From: a plasmid
Length of the DNA stretch: 64,000 nucleotides
Sequence record: NZ_CP035506.1
Reading direction: 5' to 3' (one strand)
The translations under genes were made by a program, and so were the position numbers. A model generated the notes under the pieces. It did not search any database. It saw only the letters and a list, made by a program, of their open reading frames with translations, and was not told the DNA's origin. Within the stretch, counting starts at the first letter, position 1. Each line of letters begins with the position of its first letter. This document shows positions 10,063 through 20,868 of the stretch, one piece after another.

Positions 10063-10348
10063 GCCGGGCGCGTGATGCTGCTGCGCCCCTCCGGCACGAC
10101 CCTGCCCGGAGACGGCGAAAGAGCGACGGGCCCCGCCACGGGGCATGGCCCCTCCCGTCCGGTCGGTGCACCCGGTTCCATGCCGCCAAGCAGCCTCTCC
10201 TGCCAGCAGAGCTCCGCCGAAGTGCGGGCAGGGGATGTCACAATCGCGATTGGCTGTGCCGGCGCGGGTTTTCTTGGCGGGATGACGTGTATATTCACCT
10301 CCCGAGGGGCGGGACACCCGCGGGATTCGGAACAATAAAAGGAACGAC

Positions 10349-11425
10349 ATGCGCCAGCATGCCATCTTCTTCTGCCTCCCGCTGATCCTGACTGCCTGCA
10401 CGGATGGTTTCGTCTATTTCCCCGTCGATGAAAGCGGCCAGGAGCGTGCGGCGCAGGAGGAGAATGTCGATATCATCCGTCTGACCCCGGATAATATCGC
10501 AAGCTTCGCTCAGCCCACCAAGGGCCATGTCGCCACCAGCATGCCGCGGGGCGGGCGCTGGAACTATCTTGTCGGGCCGGGCGACATTCTTGACATCATC
10601 GTCTTTGATCATCCGGAGCTGACGCTCCCTGCCGGGCCGCAGCGGGCGGCGGAGGATTCCGGTTTTCGCGTGCAGGCGGACGGCAGTTTCTTCTACCCCT
10701 TCATCGGCCAGGTCCGGGCCGAGGGCCGCCCGCTCGAGCAGATCCGCGAGGAGGTGACGCGGCGGCTGGCCGAATACGTCCCGGAGCCGCAGCTCGAGGT
10801 GCGTGTCGCCGCCTTCAACTCCCAGAGCGTCGTCGTCTCGGGCGAGGTGAAGATGCCGCAGCGGCTGGAGATGACGACCAGTCCCCGCACGCTGCTGGAA
10901 GCGATCAGCGAGGCGGGCGGTTTCACCGAGAATGCCGACATGCGCCGTGTCCGCGTCCAGCGTGGCAGCCAGTTCTATGACGTGGATGTGGAGGGCTATC
11001 TCTCCGCCGGAATGGCCGCCAACAACCCGATGCTCCGGTCGGGGGATGTGGTCTCCGTGCTGCGCAAACGCGCGCAGGAGGCCTATCTGATGGGCGAGAT
11101 ATCGGAGGCGGGGCCGGTCGACCTGTCGCTCGACACCGTCTCTCTCACCCAGGCGCTGGCGCTGCAGAAGGGTGTGCGCTCCACCCGGTCCGATGCGCGC
11201 GGCGTCTTTGTCTTCCGCAACGTGCGGGGGCGCATGACCGTCTTCCAACTCGAGACGAGTTCCCCCACCGGGCTGCTGCTCGGCACGCGCTTCGTGCTGG
11301 AGCCGGGCGATGTCGTCTATGTCACGCGCAACCCGCTGCAACGCTGGAACGACACGATCTCCAAACTGCTGCCGACGGTGCAGGCGACGAATGTGGTCGC
11401 GGCGACCGACAATGCGCTGAACTGA
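10349..11425 (+). CDS. wza: Polysaccharide export outer-membrane lipoprotein (Wza/GumB/ExoF family)
   Basis: Lipobox LILTAC. Poly_export-like region (PGDILDI.VF...). The repeated soluble ligand-binding beta-grasp (SLBB) domain pattern is typical of Wza. Confidence 0.8.
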   Translation: MRQHAIFFCLPLILTACTDGFVYFPVDESGQERAAQEENVDIIRLTPDNIASFAQPTKGHVATSMPRGGRWNYLVGPGDILDIIVFDHPELTLPAGPQRAAEDSGFRVQADGSFFYPFIGQVRAEGRPLEQIREEVTRRLAEYVPEPQLEVRVAAFNSQSVVVSGEVKMPQRLEMTTSPRTLLEAISEAGGFTENADMRRVRVQRGSQFYDVDVEGYLSAGMAANNPMLRSGDVVSVLRKRAQEAYLMGEISEAGPVDLSLDTVSLTQALALQKGVRSTRSDARGVFVFRNVRGRMTVFQLETSSPTGLLLGTRFVLEPGDVVYVTRNPLQRWNDTISKLLPTVQATNVVAATDNALN

Positions 11426-11439
11426 TCCTGGAAGAGCCC

Positions 11440-11916
11440 ATGATTTCGAATGTGATGGTCGTCTGCGTCGGCAATATCTGCCGTTCCCCGCTGGGAGAGC
11501 GCGTGCTGCAGGCGGGTCTGCCGGGGGTCAGAGTGACTTCGGCGGGGATCGGGGCGCTGGTCGGCCATGCCGCGGATCCGCTGGCCGCGGAGGTGGCAGC
11601 GGAGCATGGCATCTCGCTCGAAGGCCATGTGGCGCGGCAGTTCACCGCCGAACTGGGCGGCACGCAGGATCTGATCCTGGTCATGGAGCCGGGGCACAAG
11701 GCGGAAATCACCCGCCTGGCCCCCGCGCTGTCGGGCCGCGTGATGCTGTTCGATCAATGGACCGGCGCCAAGGGGATCGCCGACCCTTATCAGCGGTCGC
11801 GGGAATTCCACGAGGCCGTGCATGGGGAAATCGCGACGGCGGCGCAGGGCTGGATCGCCCGGCTCGGCCCCCGGCCTAGTTCCCGCCCAGGTTCAGGTTC
11901 CGGAGCCGGGGCATGA
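11440..11916 (+). CDS. wzb: Low-molecular-weight protein-tyrosine phosphatase (Wzb-like)
   Basis: P-loop motif VVCVGNICRSP and DP motif. The stop overlaps the wzc start (ATGA). Confidence 0.85.
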   Translation: MISNVMVVCVGNICRSPLGERVLQAGLPGVRVTSAGIGALVGHAADPLAAEVAAEHGISLEGHVARQFTAELGGTQDLILVMEPGHKAEITRLAPALSGRVMLFDQWTGAKGIADPYQRSREFHEAVHGEIATAAQGWIARLGPRPSSRPGSGSGAGA

Positions 11917-14087
11917 GCCCGAAGCCCCCGCGCGAGGCGGAAGCGAAGGAAGTCGATCTCGCCGCGCTGGCCGAGGAGCTCTGGGCCGCCAAGGGCAAGG
12001 TCGCTGGATTTACCGCGGCCGGGCTGCTCGCGGGGGTTCTCTACATCTTCCTCACCGCCCCCACCTATGAGGCGGATGCGCTGATCCAGCTGGAACCGAA
12101 GACCGGCAACCTCGCCGTGCCCTCGGGGCTTTCCGATCTGATGGGCGGTGGTCAGACCCAGGCCACGACCGAACGGGAACTGATTATGTCGCGCCTGGTG
12201 CTGAACCAGGCGGTGGCGGATGTGCATCTGGAATGGACAGCCCGGCCCCGGCAGTTCCCGGTGATCGGCTATGCGCTGCGGTCCCGCGCGCTGCCCTTCA
12301 AGGGAATGAGCTTTCTGCGGCCCTATGCCCAGGGGGGGAGCGGATCCGCCTCGATCTGCTTGCCGTGCCGCCGCACTGGACGGGAGAAACCTTCACCCTC
12401 ACCAAGGGCGACGGGGATACCTTCCGCGTGACCACCCCCGACGGCCGCCTGTTCGAGGGCCGCGTGGGGGAAGTCCTGCAGGATACCGATATCGGCTTCG
12501 CCCTCCGTGTGGGGGAATTGGAAGGCCAGCCGGGACGGCAGTTCGAGATCGCCCACCGCGAGACGCAGGATGTCATCGAAGGGCTTCGCCGGTCCCTGTC
12601 GGTTGCCGAAAAGACCCGCGATTCCGGCATCCTGGAGTTGTCCTTCACCTCCCGCGACCGGGTGGAGGCGCAGCGCACGCTGGCCGCCATCGCGCAGGCC
12701 TATGTCCGCCAGAACGTGGAGCGCTCTGCCGCGCAGGCAGAAAACAGCCTTGGCTTCATCCAGCAGCAGATCCCCAAGGCCCGGCAGGACATGCTGGATG
12801 CACAGGACCGGCTGAACACCTATCGCGAGTCGCAGCGTTCCGTCGATATCCAGTTCGAGACACAGAACCTGCTGACCCAGATCGGCACGCTGGAGACCGA
12901 ACTTCGTGAACTCCGCTCGCAGGAGGACGAGGTCGCCGATCTCTATACCAAGAACCACCCGCGCTACCGCCAGCTTCTGGCGCAGCGGGAGCGGCTGGAG
13001 GATCAGCTCAACAAGCTGCGGGGGAGATCGGCACCCTGCCCGACACGCAGCGGGAGATCCTGAACTACACCCATGACGTGGAAATGGCGCAGGAGATCTA
13101 TACCGAGCTTCTGACCCGCGCGCAGGAAGTGGATGTCATGCGCGCCTCCACCGTCGGCAATGTGCGGATCGTCGATCCGGCAGAGACCCAGATCCGTCCC
13201 GTGGCGCCCCGCAAGGCGCGCGTTCTCGCTCTTGCCCTGTTGCTGGGCGGTATGCTGGGGGCGGGCTATGTGCTGCTGCGGAACTGGCTGCGGAAGGGTA
13301 TCCAGAGCGCTTCCGACCTGGAGGACATGGGTCTCACGGTCTTTGCCACCATCAACAAGAGCCCGGATGCCGAAAGGCCGGAAGGCGGGCGCGGCGGGCG
13401 CGTTCCGCTGCTGGCGGCAACTAAGCCCACCGACCTTGCCGTGGAGGGGCTGCGTTCGCTCCGCACGGGGCTGCATTTCGGGATGCTGGACGCCCCCTCC
13501 CGCACGCTGGCCATCACTTCCACCGCGCCGGGTGCGGGCAAGAGCTTCCTGTCGGCCAACTTCGCCGTCGTCTCCGCCCAGGCGGGACAGTCGGTCTGCC
13601 TGATCGACGCGGACATGCGGCGCGGGCGCCTGCGGCGGATGTTCGACGTGCCCCGCGATGCACCGGGCTTTGCCGATATCCTGACCGGACAGGCGCGGCT
13701 TGAGGATGTGCTGGTGCCAACCGGGGTGCAGGGGCTGGTTTTCCTGCCTGCAGGCAAGTTCCCCCCGAACCCGGCGGAATTGCTGCTCCGCCCGACGCTC
13801 CCGGCGCTCATCCGCGAGCTGGACCAGCGGTTCGATCTGTCGATCTTCGACTGCCCCCGGTTCTGGCGGTCACCGATCCGGTCATCATCGCCAAGGCAGC
13901 GGGGGCGAGCCTGCTCGTCGCCCGCTTCGACGAGACGCCGGAGGGCGAGATCCGTGCGGCTCAGGCCGCGATGGAGGCGGCAGGCACCGGCTTCAAGGGC
14001 GCGGTTTTCAATGCCTATGACCACCGCAAGGCCAAATCGGCGCAGAGCTATTCCTATCGCTATGAATACAAGGCGAAGGAGGAGTAA
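11913..14087 (+). pseudogene. wzc: Wzc/ExoP-family polysaccharide co-polymerase and BY-kinase. The reading frame is interrupted by three -1 frameshifts, each in a G or C homopolymer (possible sequencing errors).
   Basis: Four consecutive ORF segments (11913.., 12233.., 13078.., ~13860..14087) together encode the TM1 and periplasmic coiled-coil Wzz domain, TM2, Walker A (STAPGAGKS), and a Tyr-rich C-terminal tail (YSYRYEYKAKEE). The shifts are at the G7 run 12332..12338, the G5 run 13020..13024 and the C5 run 13854..13858. Confidence 0.8.
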
Positions 14088-14515
14088 CCTCCCTTTCGCC
14101 CGGAAAATGAAAGGCAAAAGATCGCCGATGGCGGCACAGGAGCAACATGGTCTGATGTGCCTGGGCCGCAAAACGATAAACATGGGTCGGCGACCGTTGC
14201 CGTTTGCCAATCATGAGCGATAATGATGGGCGTAGTTCGTGAGCCGTGCAGGACAATCGAATGAGACTTTACACCGGCAGGGCCTCCATGAATGCCTCCG
14301 GGTAGACGGTCCGGAGGGATGAGCCGGCGCCGGATGAAAAGGGCGGTCGTTCCTCCCCTTCCTTCAGGGCACCTGTCAGACTTGGGACAGCCCTGGAGGC
14401 AGTCCTCCACGATCCAGCCTCCTCGGAGGCCTTCTTTCCGGGCTGTCGCGGCCCGGTGCAGCGGGCAGTATTTCCAATGTGGCGGGATATCACCCGCCCA
14501 CCTCAAGGTTCCGGC

Positions 14516-15640
14516 ATGATCTTCGTCAACGCATTCGCCTTCGCGATCCTGGCAAGTTGCCTGTTCGCCACCGTTCTCGTCCTGACGCGCCATTTGCATG
14601 GGCATCTGACCCTCGACAGTCAGGTGGGCGTGCAGAAGCTCCATGCCGTGCCGACCCCGCGGGTTGGCGGGCTTGCCCTCATGGTCGGTGCGCTGGCGGG
14701 TGGTTTCGCCCTGCCGGATGGCGGGCGGGAGCTGTGGTGGATGATCTGTCTTGCTGCGATCCCCGCCTTCGCCTCCGGGCTGATCGAGGACGTGACCAAG
14801 CGGGTGGGCGTGCGCACCCGCCTGCTGGCCACCATCCTGTCGGGGCTGATCTTCTGCCTGCTCTCGGGCTACGCCATCCGGGGGGTGGACCTGCCGGGGG
14901 TGGACATGCTGCTGGCCATCGGCCCGATTGCCGTGCTCTTCACCGCCTTCGCCATTGGCGGCATCGCCAATGCGCTGAACATCATCGACGGGGTGAACGG
15001 GCTGGCTTCGGGGACGGCGATCATCATCCTCGCCGGCTTCGGGCTCATCGCCTGGCAGACGGGGGATACGGCGATCATGGGTGTCTGCCTTGTCGCCATC
15101 GGGGCCATCGCCGGGTTCTTCCTGCTGAACTATCCGCTCGGGCTGATCTTCTTCGGCGATGCCGGCGCCTATGGGACGGGCTATCTGCTGGCGGTTCTCG
15201 CCGTCGCGCTCCCTGCCCGCAACCCGGAGATCTCGCCGATCATCGGCATCCTGCTCCTGGCCTATCCGATGATCGAGACCTTCGTGTCGATCCACCGCCG
15301 CACCGTGCGGACCGGCAGCCATCCCGGCCAGCCCGACCGGTTGCATCTGCACAGCCTCGTCTATCGCAGCCTCGCCCGCCGTATCGCACGGGGGCTGGGC
15401 AGGCCCCAGCTGCGCAACCCCGTGGCCAGCACGATCCTCTGGGCCTTCCCGCTGCTGTCCACCGTATTGGCGGTGTTCTGTGCCAAAAGCTCGCTCGCCA
15501 TCTGGGGGGCGCTGCTCGTGGTGGCCTGCTGCTACCTGCTGCTCTACCGCCGCGTGGCGCTGCTGCGCGGCCGGGGCGGGAATGGCCCTTCCGGGCGGAA
15601 CATCCGTCCGCATCATCCTGCGGCCCATCCGGCCGAATAG
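14516..15640 (+). CDS. Polyprenol-phosphate sugar-1-phosphate transferase, MraY/WecA/WbpL family (candidate priming glycosyltransferase)
   Basis: About 11 TM segments. Conserved motifs include NALNIIDGVNGLASG and DxxD-like segments. Sits between wzc and the GT genes. Confidence 0.7.
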   Translation: MIFVNAFAFAILASCLFATVLVLTRHLHGHLTLDSQVGVQKLHAVPTPRVGGLALMVGALAGGFALPDGGRELWWMICLAAIPAFASGLIEDVTKRVGVRTRLLATILSGLIFCLLSGYAIRGVDLPGVDMLLAIGPIAVLFTAFAIGGIANALNIIDGVNGLASGTAIIILAGFGLIAWQTGDTAIMGVCLVAIGAIAGFFLLNYPLGLIFFGDAGAYGTGYLLAVLAVALPARNPEISPIIGILLLAYPMIETFVSIHRRTVRTGSHPGQPDRLHLHSLVYRSLARRIARGLGRPQLRNPVASTILWAFPLLSTVLAVFCAKSSLAIWGALLVVACCYLLLYRRVALLRGRGGNGPSGRNIRPHHPAAHPAE

Positions 15641-15658
15641 GCCGCAAGGAGCGGCGTA

Positions 15659-16822
15659 TCATCCCCTGAGCGGGATGCGTGCTCCGGCCGGGACAGCGCC
15701 ACCCTTTTCCGCGACGACCCGGCGGACGATCTCCAGATAGCTTTTCGCGCGTTCGGTGGGGCTCATGCCTGCAAAACCCTGCGCGCGGATCATCTCCCGC
15801 TCCTCATCCGACGGGGGGGTGGCCAGTCCTTCGGCGATACAGGCGGCCGCTGCCTCGGGTGCATGGGGGTCGAAATAGCGCGCGAAGGGTCCGCAGATGT
15901 CCCTTACGAAGGGCCGGTCGGAAGCGAACACCCGCAGCCCCATCGCCATCGCCTCCAGCGGCATGACGGAGAAGCATTCAAGCAGGCTCGGGAAGATCGC
16001 GGCGTCCAGCCCCGCGTAGAAGGAGGGGCACTGGGCGAGGTCGAGCGGCCCGACATTGGTGACCGCGCTTCGGAACTCCGGGCTGCGTGCCTGCCATTCT
16101 GCTTCCGTCAAGGTGACGAGGAACTCCACCGCAATCCCATGCCGTTCACGGAGCGCGCGCGCCACCTCCGGCAGGATGGACAGGTTCTTGTGCGGGTAAT
16201 CCCGGCCAAGAAAGCCGATGCGCAGCCCCTTCCGCTCCGGCAGCGCCACCGGCCGCCACAGCTCCGGCTGACGGAAGATGTCGCTCACGCAGTTCGAGAC
16301 CACGCTCACCTGTCCTTCGCGGAACAGCCCGCGGGCGACGAGCCGCTCCTTCACATGCCCGGCCTCCACGATGGCATGGTCGGCATTCCGCCGCAGGATC
16401 GCCGCCTGCAGGCCGTATTTCAGCCGCGATTTCGCTTTGGCGAGCGGGGAAAGGCCTTTGTAGATGTCATTGTCGGGATAGATGATCCACGGCTGGGCAA
16501 AGCCCATCACGCTCACTTTCGGGCGGCGGCGGGCATAGAGCGGGCCGAATATGGTAAAGACCGCATCAGCCCGCGCGATCTCCTCATCCAGCACGGGGTC
16601 GAAGGGCGAGAGACCGGGAACAGAGCGCACCCGGTAGCGCGCAAAGGCGCCCGTGTCGCAGCCGATCTGGGCAAGGTTGCGGTCCACCCCCTCGCAGGCG
16701 AGCACGCTGATCTCCATTCCCTCCGGGCCGAGGCGCGCGATTTCGTCGATGGCGGAGATGCCGACCTGCACCACCCCGCCGACACGGAGGTTGGAGGCAT
16801 TGATCAGAAGGCGAAAGGTCAT
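15659..16822 (-). CDS. Glycosyltransferase, GT-B fold (CAZy GT4-like, group 1)
   Basis: C-terminal GT1 signature region (EAMAMGLRVFASD...), 387 aa. Confidence 0.65.
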   Translation of the reverse strand: MTFRLLINASNLRVGGVVQVGISAIDEIARLGPEGMEISVLACEGVDRNLAQIGCDTGAFARYRVRSVPGLSPFDPVLDEEIARADAVFTIFGPLYARRRPKVSVMGFAQPWIIYPDNDIYKGLSPLAKAKSRLKYGLQAAILRRNADHAIVEAGHVKERLVARGLFREGQVSVVSNCVSDIFRQPELWRPVALPERKGLRIGFLGRDYPHKNLSILPEVARALRERHGIAVEFLVTLTEAEWQARSPEFRSAVTNVGPLDLAQCPSFYAGLDAAIFPSLLECFSVMPLEAMAMGLRVFASDRPFVRDICGPFARYFDPHAPEAAAACIAEGLATPPSDEEREMIRAQGFAGMSPTERAKSYLEIVRRVVAEKGGAVPAGARIPLRG

Positions 16823-16840
16823 GGGATATCCGGGCTGGGA

Positions 16841-17845
16841 TCAGGGGATGTAATAGCCATCGCCCCAGGCATAGATGTTCTCGACGAAGGGGATGGTCTT
16901 CAGGCTGAAATAGACCAGAAGCGCCAGCATCAGCGGATGACTGGCCCGCCGCTCCGTCACGGCAAGGTAGAGCAGGAATGTGACTGCCATGACGTTGATG
17001 CGGGAGGCCCCGAAGACCGCCGCCGCCATCGCGATCGGAATGAGGCCCACCAGGAATGCCTGCTTCCGGCGGAGCACGACCACTCCCACGATGATGAGCA
17101 GCCCCATGCTGGCCAGTTCGGCCACCCCGCCCCCCTGATACGCGGCCATCTTGCCCTGAATGGCGGGCAGGAAGCGCAGCACAAAGAGCAGAAATCCGAT
17201 GATGGCGACCGGAATCCCCATGAGGATGAGAAGCAGCTGTAACGGGGTGACGTAGCGGCGCAGGAAATCGGCAGACCCCACACGCAGACCCGCCCCCGCC
17301 GCGATCAGCAGGAAGGACTGGAAATGCGCCGTCATGGATATGAACAGGATCAGCGCCCTTTTCCATCCCGACACCAGCATGGCGAGCGTCAGCAGGATAT
17401 AGGCGAGCTTCAGGCGTTCGAGCGACGTGAACAGCGTGATGAGGTAGAAGTTCGTAAAGATGAGAGCGGTCGGCAGCACACCAGCCCGATAGCGACGCAG
17501 GAACAGGAAAAGGACCAGCGCCAGTATTCCGTTCATCACGGAAATCACGACATCCTTGTCCAGCCCCGCGCTGGAGGTGACCCACATCAGATAGCCATAG
17601 AGCGGTTCGGCCGAGCCGGTGGTCATCGCCTGAACGATCGGCACGGCATCGGCCCGCACACCCCGTACCTCGTCATAGAAGGCGCGGTAGTTGAGCTGGT
17701 CTCCCCCTGTATAGGCTCCCAGCAGCGAGAGGGAGATGCCGAAGGCCACCAGGAAGACGAGCATCCCCGCCAGCAGATCGGCCCCCCTGAGGCCTGCCCG
17801 GAAAGGCTGTGCGACCGGACTGGCGTCAATGGCGCGGCTCGTCAT
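16841..17845 (-). CDS. Polytopic membrane protein, Wzy/EpsG-like polysaccharide polymerase candidate
   Basis: 334 aa with about 10 predicted TM helices. EPS-locus context. No catalytic motif verified. Confidence 0.45.
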   Translation of the reverse strand: MTSRAIDASPVAQPFRAGLRGADLLAGMLVFLVAFGISLSLLGAYTGGDQLNYRAFYDEVRGVRADAVPIVQAMTTGSAEPLYGYLMWVTSSAGLDKDVVISVMNGILALVLFLFLRRYRAGVLPTALIFTNFYLITLFTSLERLKLAYILLTLAMLVSGWKRALILFISMTAHFQSFLLIAAGAGLRVGSADFLRRYVTPLQLLLILMGIPVAIIGFLLFVLRFLPAIQGKMAAYQGGGVAELASMGLLIIVGVVVLRRKQAFLVGLIPIAMAAAVFGASRINVMAVTFLLYLAVTERRASHPLMLALLVYFSLKTIPFVENIYAWGDGYYIP

Positions 17846-18074
17846 CGCTTTCCCATGCTTGGCCTCCGGGGCGGGGTGCCGCCGGTGGCGGTACTATATG
17901 CAGCCCCGCTGCCGAGGTCGAGCCGACAGGGCGTCACGACCGGATGAGGACCTGCGCGCCGGAGCGGGCGGTCACGGTGCATCTGCGCCTGACGATTTTG
18001 AGGCACCGGAGCGGCGCGCCCCCGAAGCAGGAGGAAGGAGGCCGATGCGACTGGCCGTGTGCATCCCTGCTTCA

Positions 18075-18172
18075 GGAAATGCCGGGCTCAAAATACCAGA
18101 CTCAAAATACCGGGCTCCCACGAATACTGGGCTCCCACGAAATACCGGCCTCCGCGAAATACCGGGCTCACA
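18075..18172. repeat. Six degenerate tandem repeats of about 16 bp (AAATACCGGGCTCCCACG) in a large intergenic region
   Basis: Direct reading of the sequence gaaatgccgggctca / aaataccagactca / aaataccgggctcccacg / aatactgggctcccacg / aaataccggcctccgcg / aaataccgggctcacag. Confidence 0.7.
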
Positions 18173-18752
18173 GGCGGGCCGTGGCCATGCGGGCCTCCGG
18201 GATATTCTGTCGGGGGAGACCGGGGGGAGAGATCCGTGAGGGGAGATCGGGGAGAGAGGCCATCGGTTTCGCCCTCCCGGTCGGGTCGGTATGGGGATCC
18301 GGGAGGGAGAGGCAAGGAAGGCCCGTGGTCAGGCCCCTGCCTGCCCCTGCCCGGGTACCCCCTGCCTGCTGCTTCTCCCTACCCCCCGTTTCGCTTCCTG
18401 CCCAGCCTGCCCCCGCCCACTCTCCACCTGCCCACTCTCCTCCCTCCGGCCTCCTCCCGCCCGGCCTCCTCCTGCACCGCCTCGTCCTCCCCGGTGCAAT
18501 CGACACCAGGCCACCCGCCATGGCAAAGCCGGTCACCGGTATCGTGAGGGCGCCGCACTCCATCCCCTTCCGTGACATGAGGCCATTGGCGATTGAGGGT
18601 CGGGAGCCGGTCGAGGCGAAGCGGCCCCTGCCGCCTGCTTCCGCGCCAGGCGCAGCAATCCGCCTGCCCGCCCCTTCCCTTCCCTTTCCATGACGGCCCG
18701 CCCGTGCTAGGCGGCAGAACCAACCGAAGGCCCAGGATACCCGAGCCACCGC

Positions 18753-19502
18753 ATGAAGATTTCCGCCGTCATGGCCTGCTACAATTCCGGGGCGACGGTC
18801 GCGCGGGCGGTTGAGAGTTTTCTCCTTCAGGACCATGCGGAGCGGGAGCTTGTCGTGGTGGACGGTGCGTCGAAGGACGAGACCTGTACCGTGGTGGAGG
18901 GGTTCGCCAGCCCGCTCATCAGTCTCGCCTCCGGGCCGGACCGCGGCATCTACGACGCGATCAACAAGGGTATCGCCCGGGCGGAGGGAGAGGTGATCGG
19001 CATCCTGCACTCCAATGACCGTTACGCCCATCCGCATGTCCTCTCCCGCGTGGCGGAAGCCTTTGCGGGGGGTGATCTCGATGCGGTCTTTGCCGATGTG
19101 ACCTTTCATCCGCCCGGCCAGCCGGACCGGGTGATCCGGCGCTATGACAGTTCCCACTTCCGGCCCGAGCGGATCGCGGCGGGGGCGATGCCCGCCCATA
19201 CCGCGCTGTTCCTTCATCGCCGTGTGTTCGAGGCACATGGTCTTTACCGGACAGATTACCGCATCGCCGGGGATTTCGAATTCGTGGCCCGCGTGTTCCG
19301 GAAGGGCGACATCCGCTGGCGGCATGTCCCGGAGGTCTGGGTCAGGATGGAGGCGGGCGGCGCCAGCACCTCGGGGCTGAGGAGCAAGATCCTCGGCACG
19401 CAGGAAGTGCGCCGCGCCTGCCGGGAGAACGGCATTGCCACCAGCTATCCGCGCATCCTGTCGAAATATCCCCGCAAGCTTCTGGAACTGGTCCGGCACT
19501 GA
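18753..19502 (+). CDS. Glycosyltransferase family 2
   Basis: N-terminal GT-A motifs (SAVMACYNSG...VVVDGASKDET, DAIN) and DxD-like HSNDRY. Confidence 0.7.
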   Translation: MKISAVMACYNSGATVARAVESFLLQDHAERELVVVDGASKDETCTVVEGFASPLISLASGPDRGIYDAINKGIARAEGEVIGILHSNDRYAHPHVLSRVAEAFAGGDLDAVFADVTFHPPGQPDRVIRRYDSSHFRPERIAAGAMPAHTALFLHRRVFEAHGLYRTDYRIAGDFEFVARVFRKGDIRWRHVPEVWVRMEAGGASTSGLRSKILGTQEVRRACRENGIATSYPRILSKYPRKLLELVRH

Positions 19503-19739
19503 CATGACCTGTCTCCCGGACAATTGCCCTTGCGGCATTCGCCATTCCCGTAGAGCCGGCCTGCCCGGCCGCGCTTCTGCAGCCCGCCCTGCCCGCCCGC
19601 AGGAGGCGCGGCTCTTCGTCCGTCGGCGTCCCGCGGGTATTTCCGCTCTTGTCCGCGCCCGGCGGATTTTCACGATAACCGCCTGCAGTCCGCGGGCGCC
19701 TTCCAGCCATCCCCGCCCGCTTTCAGCCAGGAGACCCCG

Positions 19740-20858
19740 ATGAAAAAGGCCCTTATCACAGGTATCACCGGCCAGGACGGCTCCTATCTGGCGGAATTCC
19801 TGCTCGCCAAGGGCTATGAAGTCCATGGGATCAAGCGCCGCGCCTCGCTGTTCAACACCCAGCGGATCGACCACATCTATGAGGACCCGCACAACCCGGA
19901 CCCGCGGCTGAAGCTGCATTACGGCGACCTCACCGACACGTCGAACCTGACGCGCATCCTGCGCGAGGTGGAGCCTGACGAGGTCTACAACCTCGGCGCG
20001 CAATCCCATGTCGCGGTGAGCTTCGAGGCGCCGGAATACACCGCCGATGTGGATGCGATCGGCACGCTGCGGCTTCTGGAGGCGATCCGCTTCCTCGGGC
20101 TGGAGCAGAAGACCCGCTTCTACCAGGCCTCCACCTCCGAACTCTACGGGCTGGTGCAGGAGATCCCGCAGAAGGAGACGACCCCCTTCCATCCGCGCAG
20201 CCCTTACGCGGTGGCCAAGATGTATGCCTACTGGATCGCGGTGAACTACCGCGAGGCCTATGGGATTTATGCCTGCAACGGCATCCTCTTCAATCATGAG
20301 AGCCCCCGCCGCGGCGAGACCTTCGTGACGCGCAAGATCACCCGGGGCCTGGCCAACATCGCGCAGGGGCTGGAGCAGTGCCTCTACATGGGCAATATCG
20401 ACAGCCTGCGCGACTGGGGCCATGCCAAGGACTATGTCCGCATGCAGTGGATGATGCTCCAGCAGGAGGCGGCGGAGGATTTCGTCATCGCCACCGGCAA
20501 GCAGTATTCGGTGCGCGAATTCATCCGCTGGTCGGCGGCAGAGCTGGGGCTGACGCTGGAGTTCACCGGGACCGGCGTGGAGGAGGTGGCGACCGTCACC
20601 GCCATCACGGGGGACAAGGCGCCCGACGTGAAGGCGGGCCAGGTCATCATGCGCATCGACCCGCGCTATTTCCGCCCGGCCGAGGTGGAGACGCTGCTCG
20701 GCGATCCGACCAAGGCCAAGGAGAAGCTCGGCTGGGTGCCGGAGATCACCGCGCAGGAGATGTGCGCCGAGATGGTGGCCGAGGATCTGCAATCCGCCCG
20801 CCGTCACCGGCTGCTGCGGGAGCATGGCTTCCACGCGCCGGTCTCGGTCGAAGCGTAA
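19740..20858 (+). CDS. gmd: GDP-mannose 4,6-dehydratase
   Basis: [20 protein letters not shown]...YEVHGI... matches Gmd along its full length (372 aa). Confidence 0.9.
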   Translation: MKKALITGITGQDGSYLAEFLLAKGYEVHGIKRRASLFNTQRIDHIYEDPHNPDPRLKLHYGDLTDTSNLTRILREVEPDEVYNLGAQSHVAVSFEAPEYTADVDAIGTLRLLEAIRFLGLEQKTRFYQASTSELYGLVQEIPQKETTPFHPRSPYAVAKMYAYWIAVNYREAYGIYACNGILFNHESPRRGETFVTRKITRGLANIAQGLEQCLYMGNIDSLRDWGHAKDYVRMQWMMLQQEAAEDFVIATGKQYSVREFIRWSAAELGLTLEFTGTGVEEVATVTAITGDKAPDVKAGQVIMRIDPRYFRPAEVETLLGDPTKAKEKLGWVPEITAQEMCAEMVAEDLQSARRHRLLREHGFHAPVSVEA

Positions 20859-20868
20859 GGGGCGGGAC

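Noticed and set aside
12233-13063. Treating the wzc fragments (11913.., 12233.., 13078.., 13700..) as separate genes
   Set aside because: They are collinear with a single Wzc/ExoP protein and are joined by single-base shifts in homopolymers. Reported as one frameshifted gene.
18180-18500. Possible CRISPR array or rRNA/tRNA in the repeat-rich or AT-rich regions
   Set aside because: Repeats are short, degenerate tandem units without regularly spaced unique spacers. No tRNA cloverleaf or rRNA-like conserved stretches were recognised by eye anywhere in the window. A formal tRNAscan/Infernal run is still advisable.
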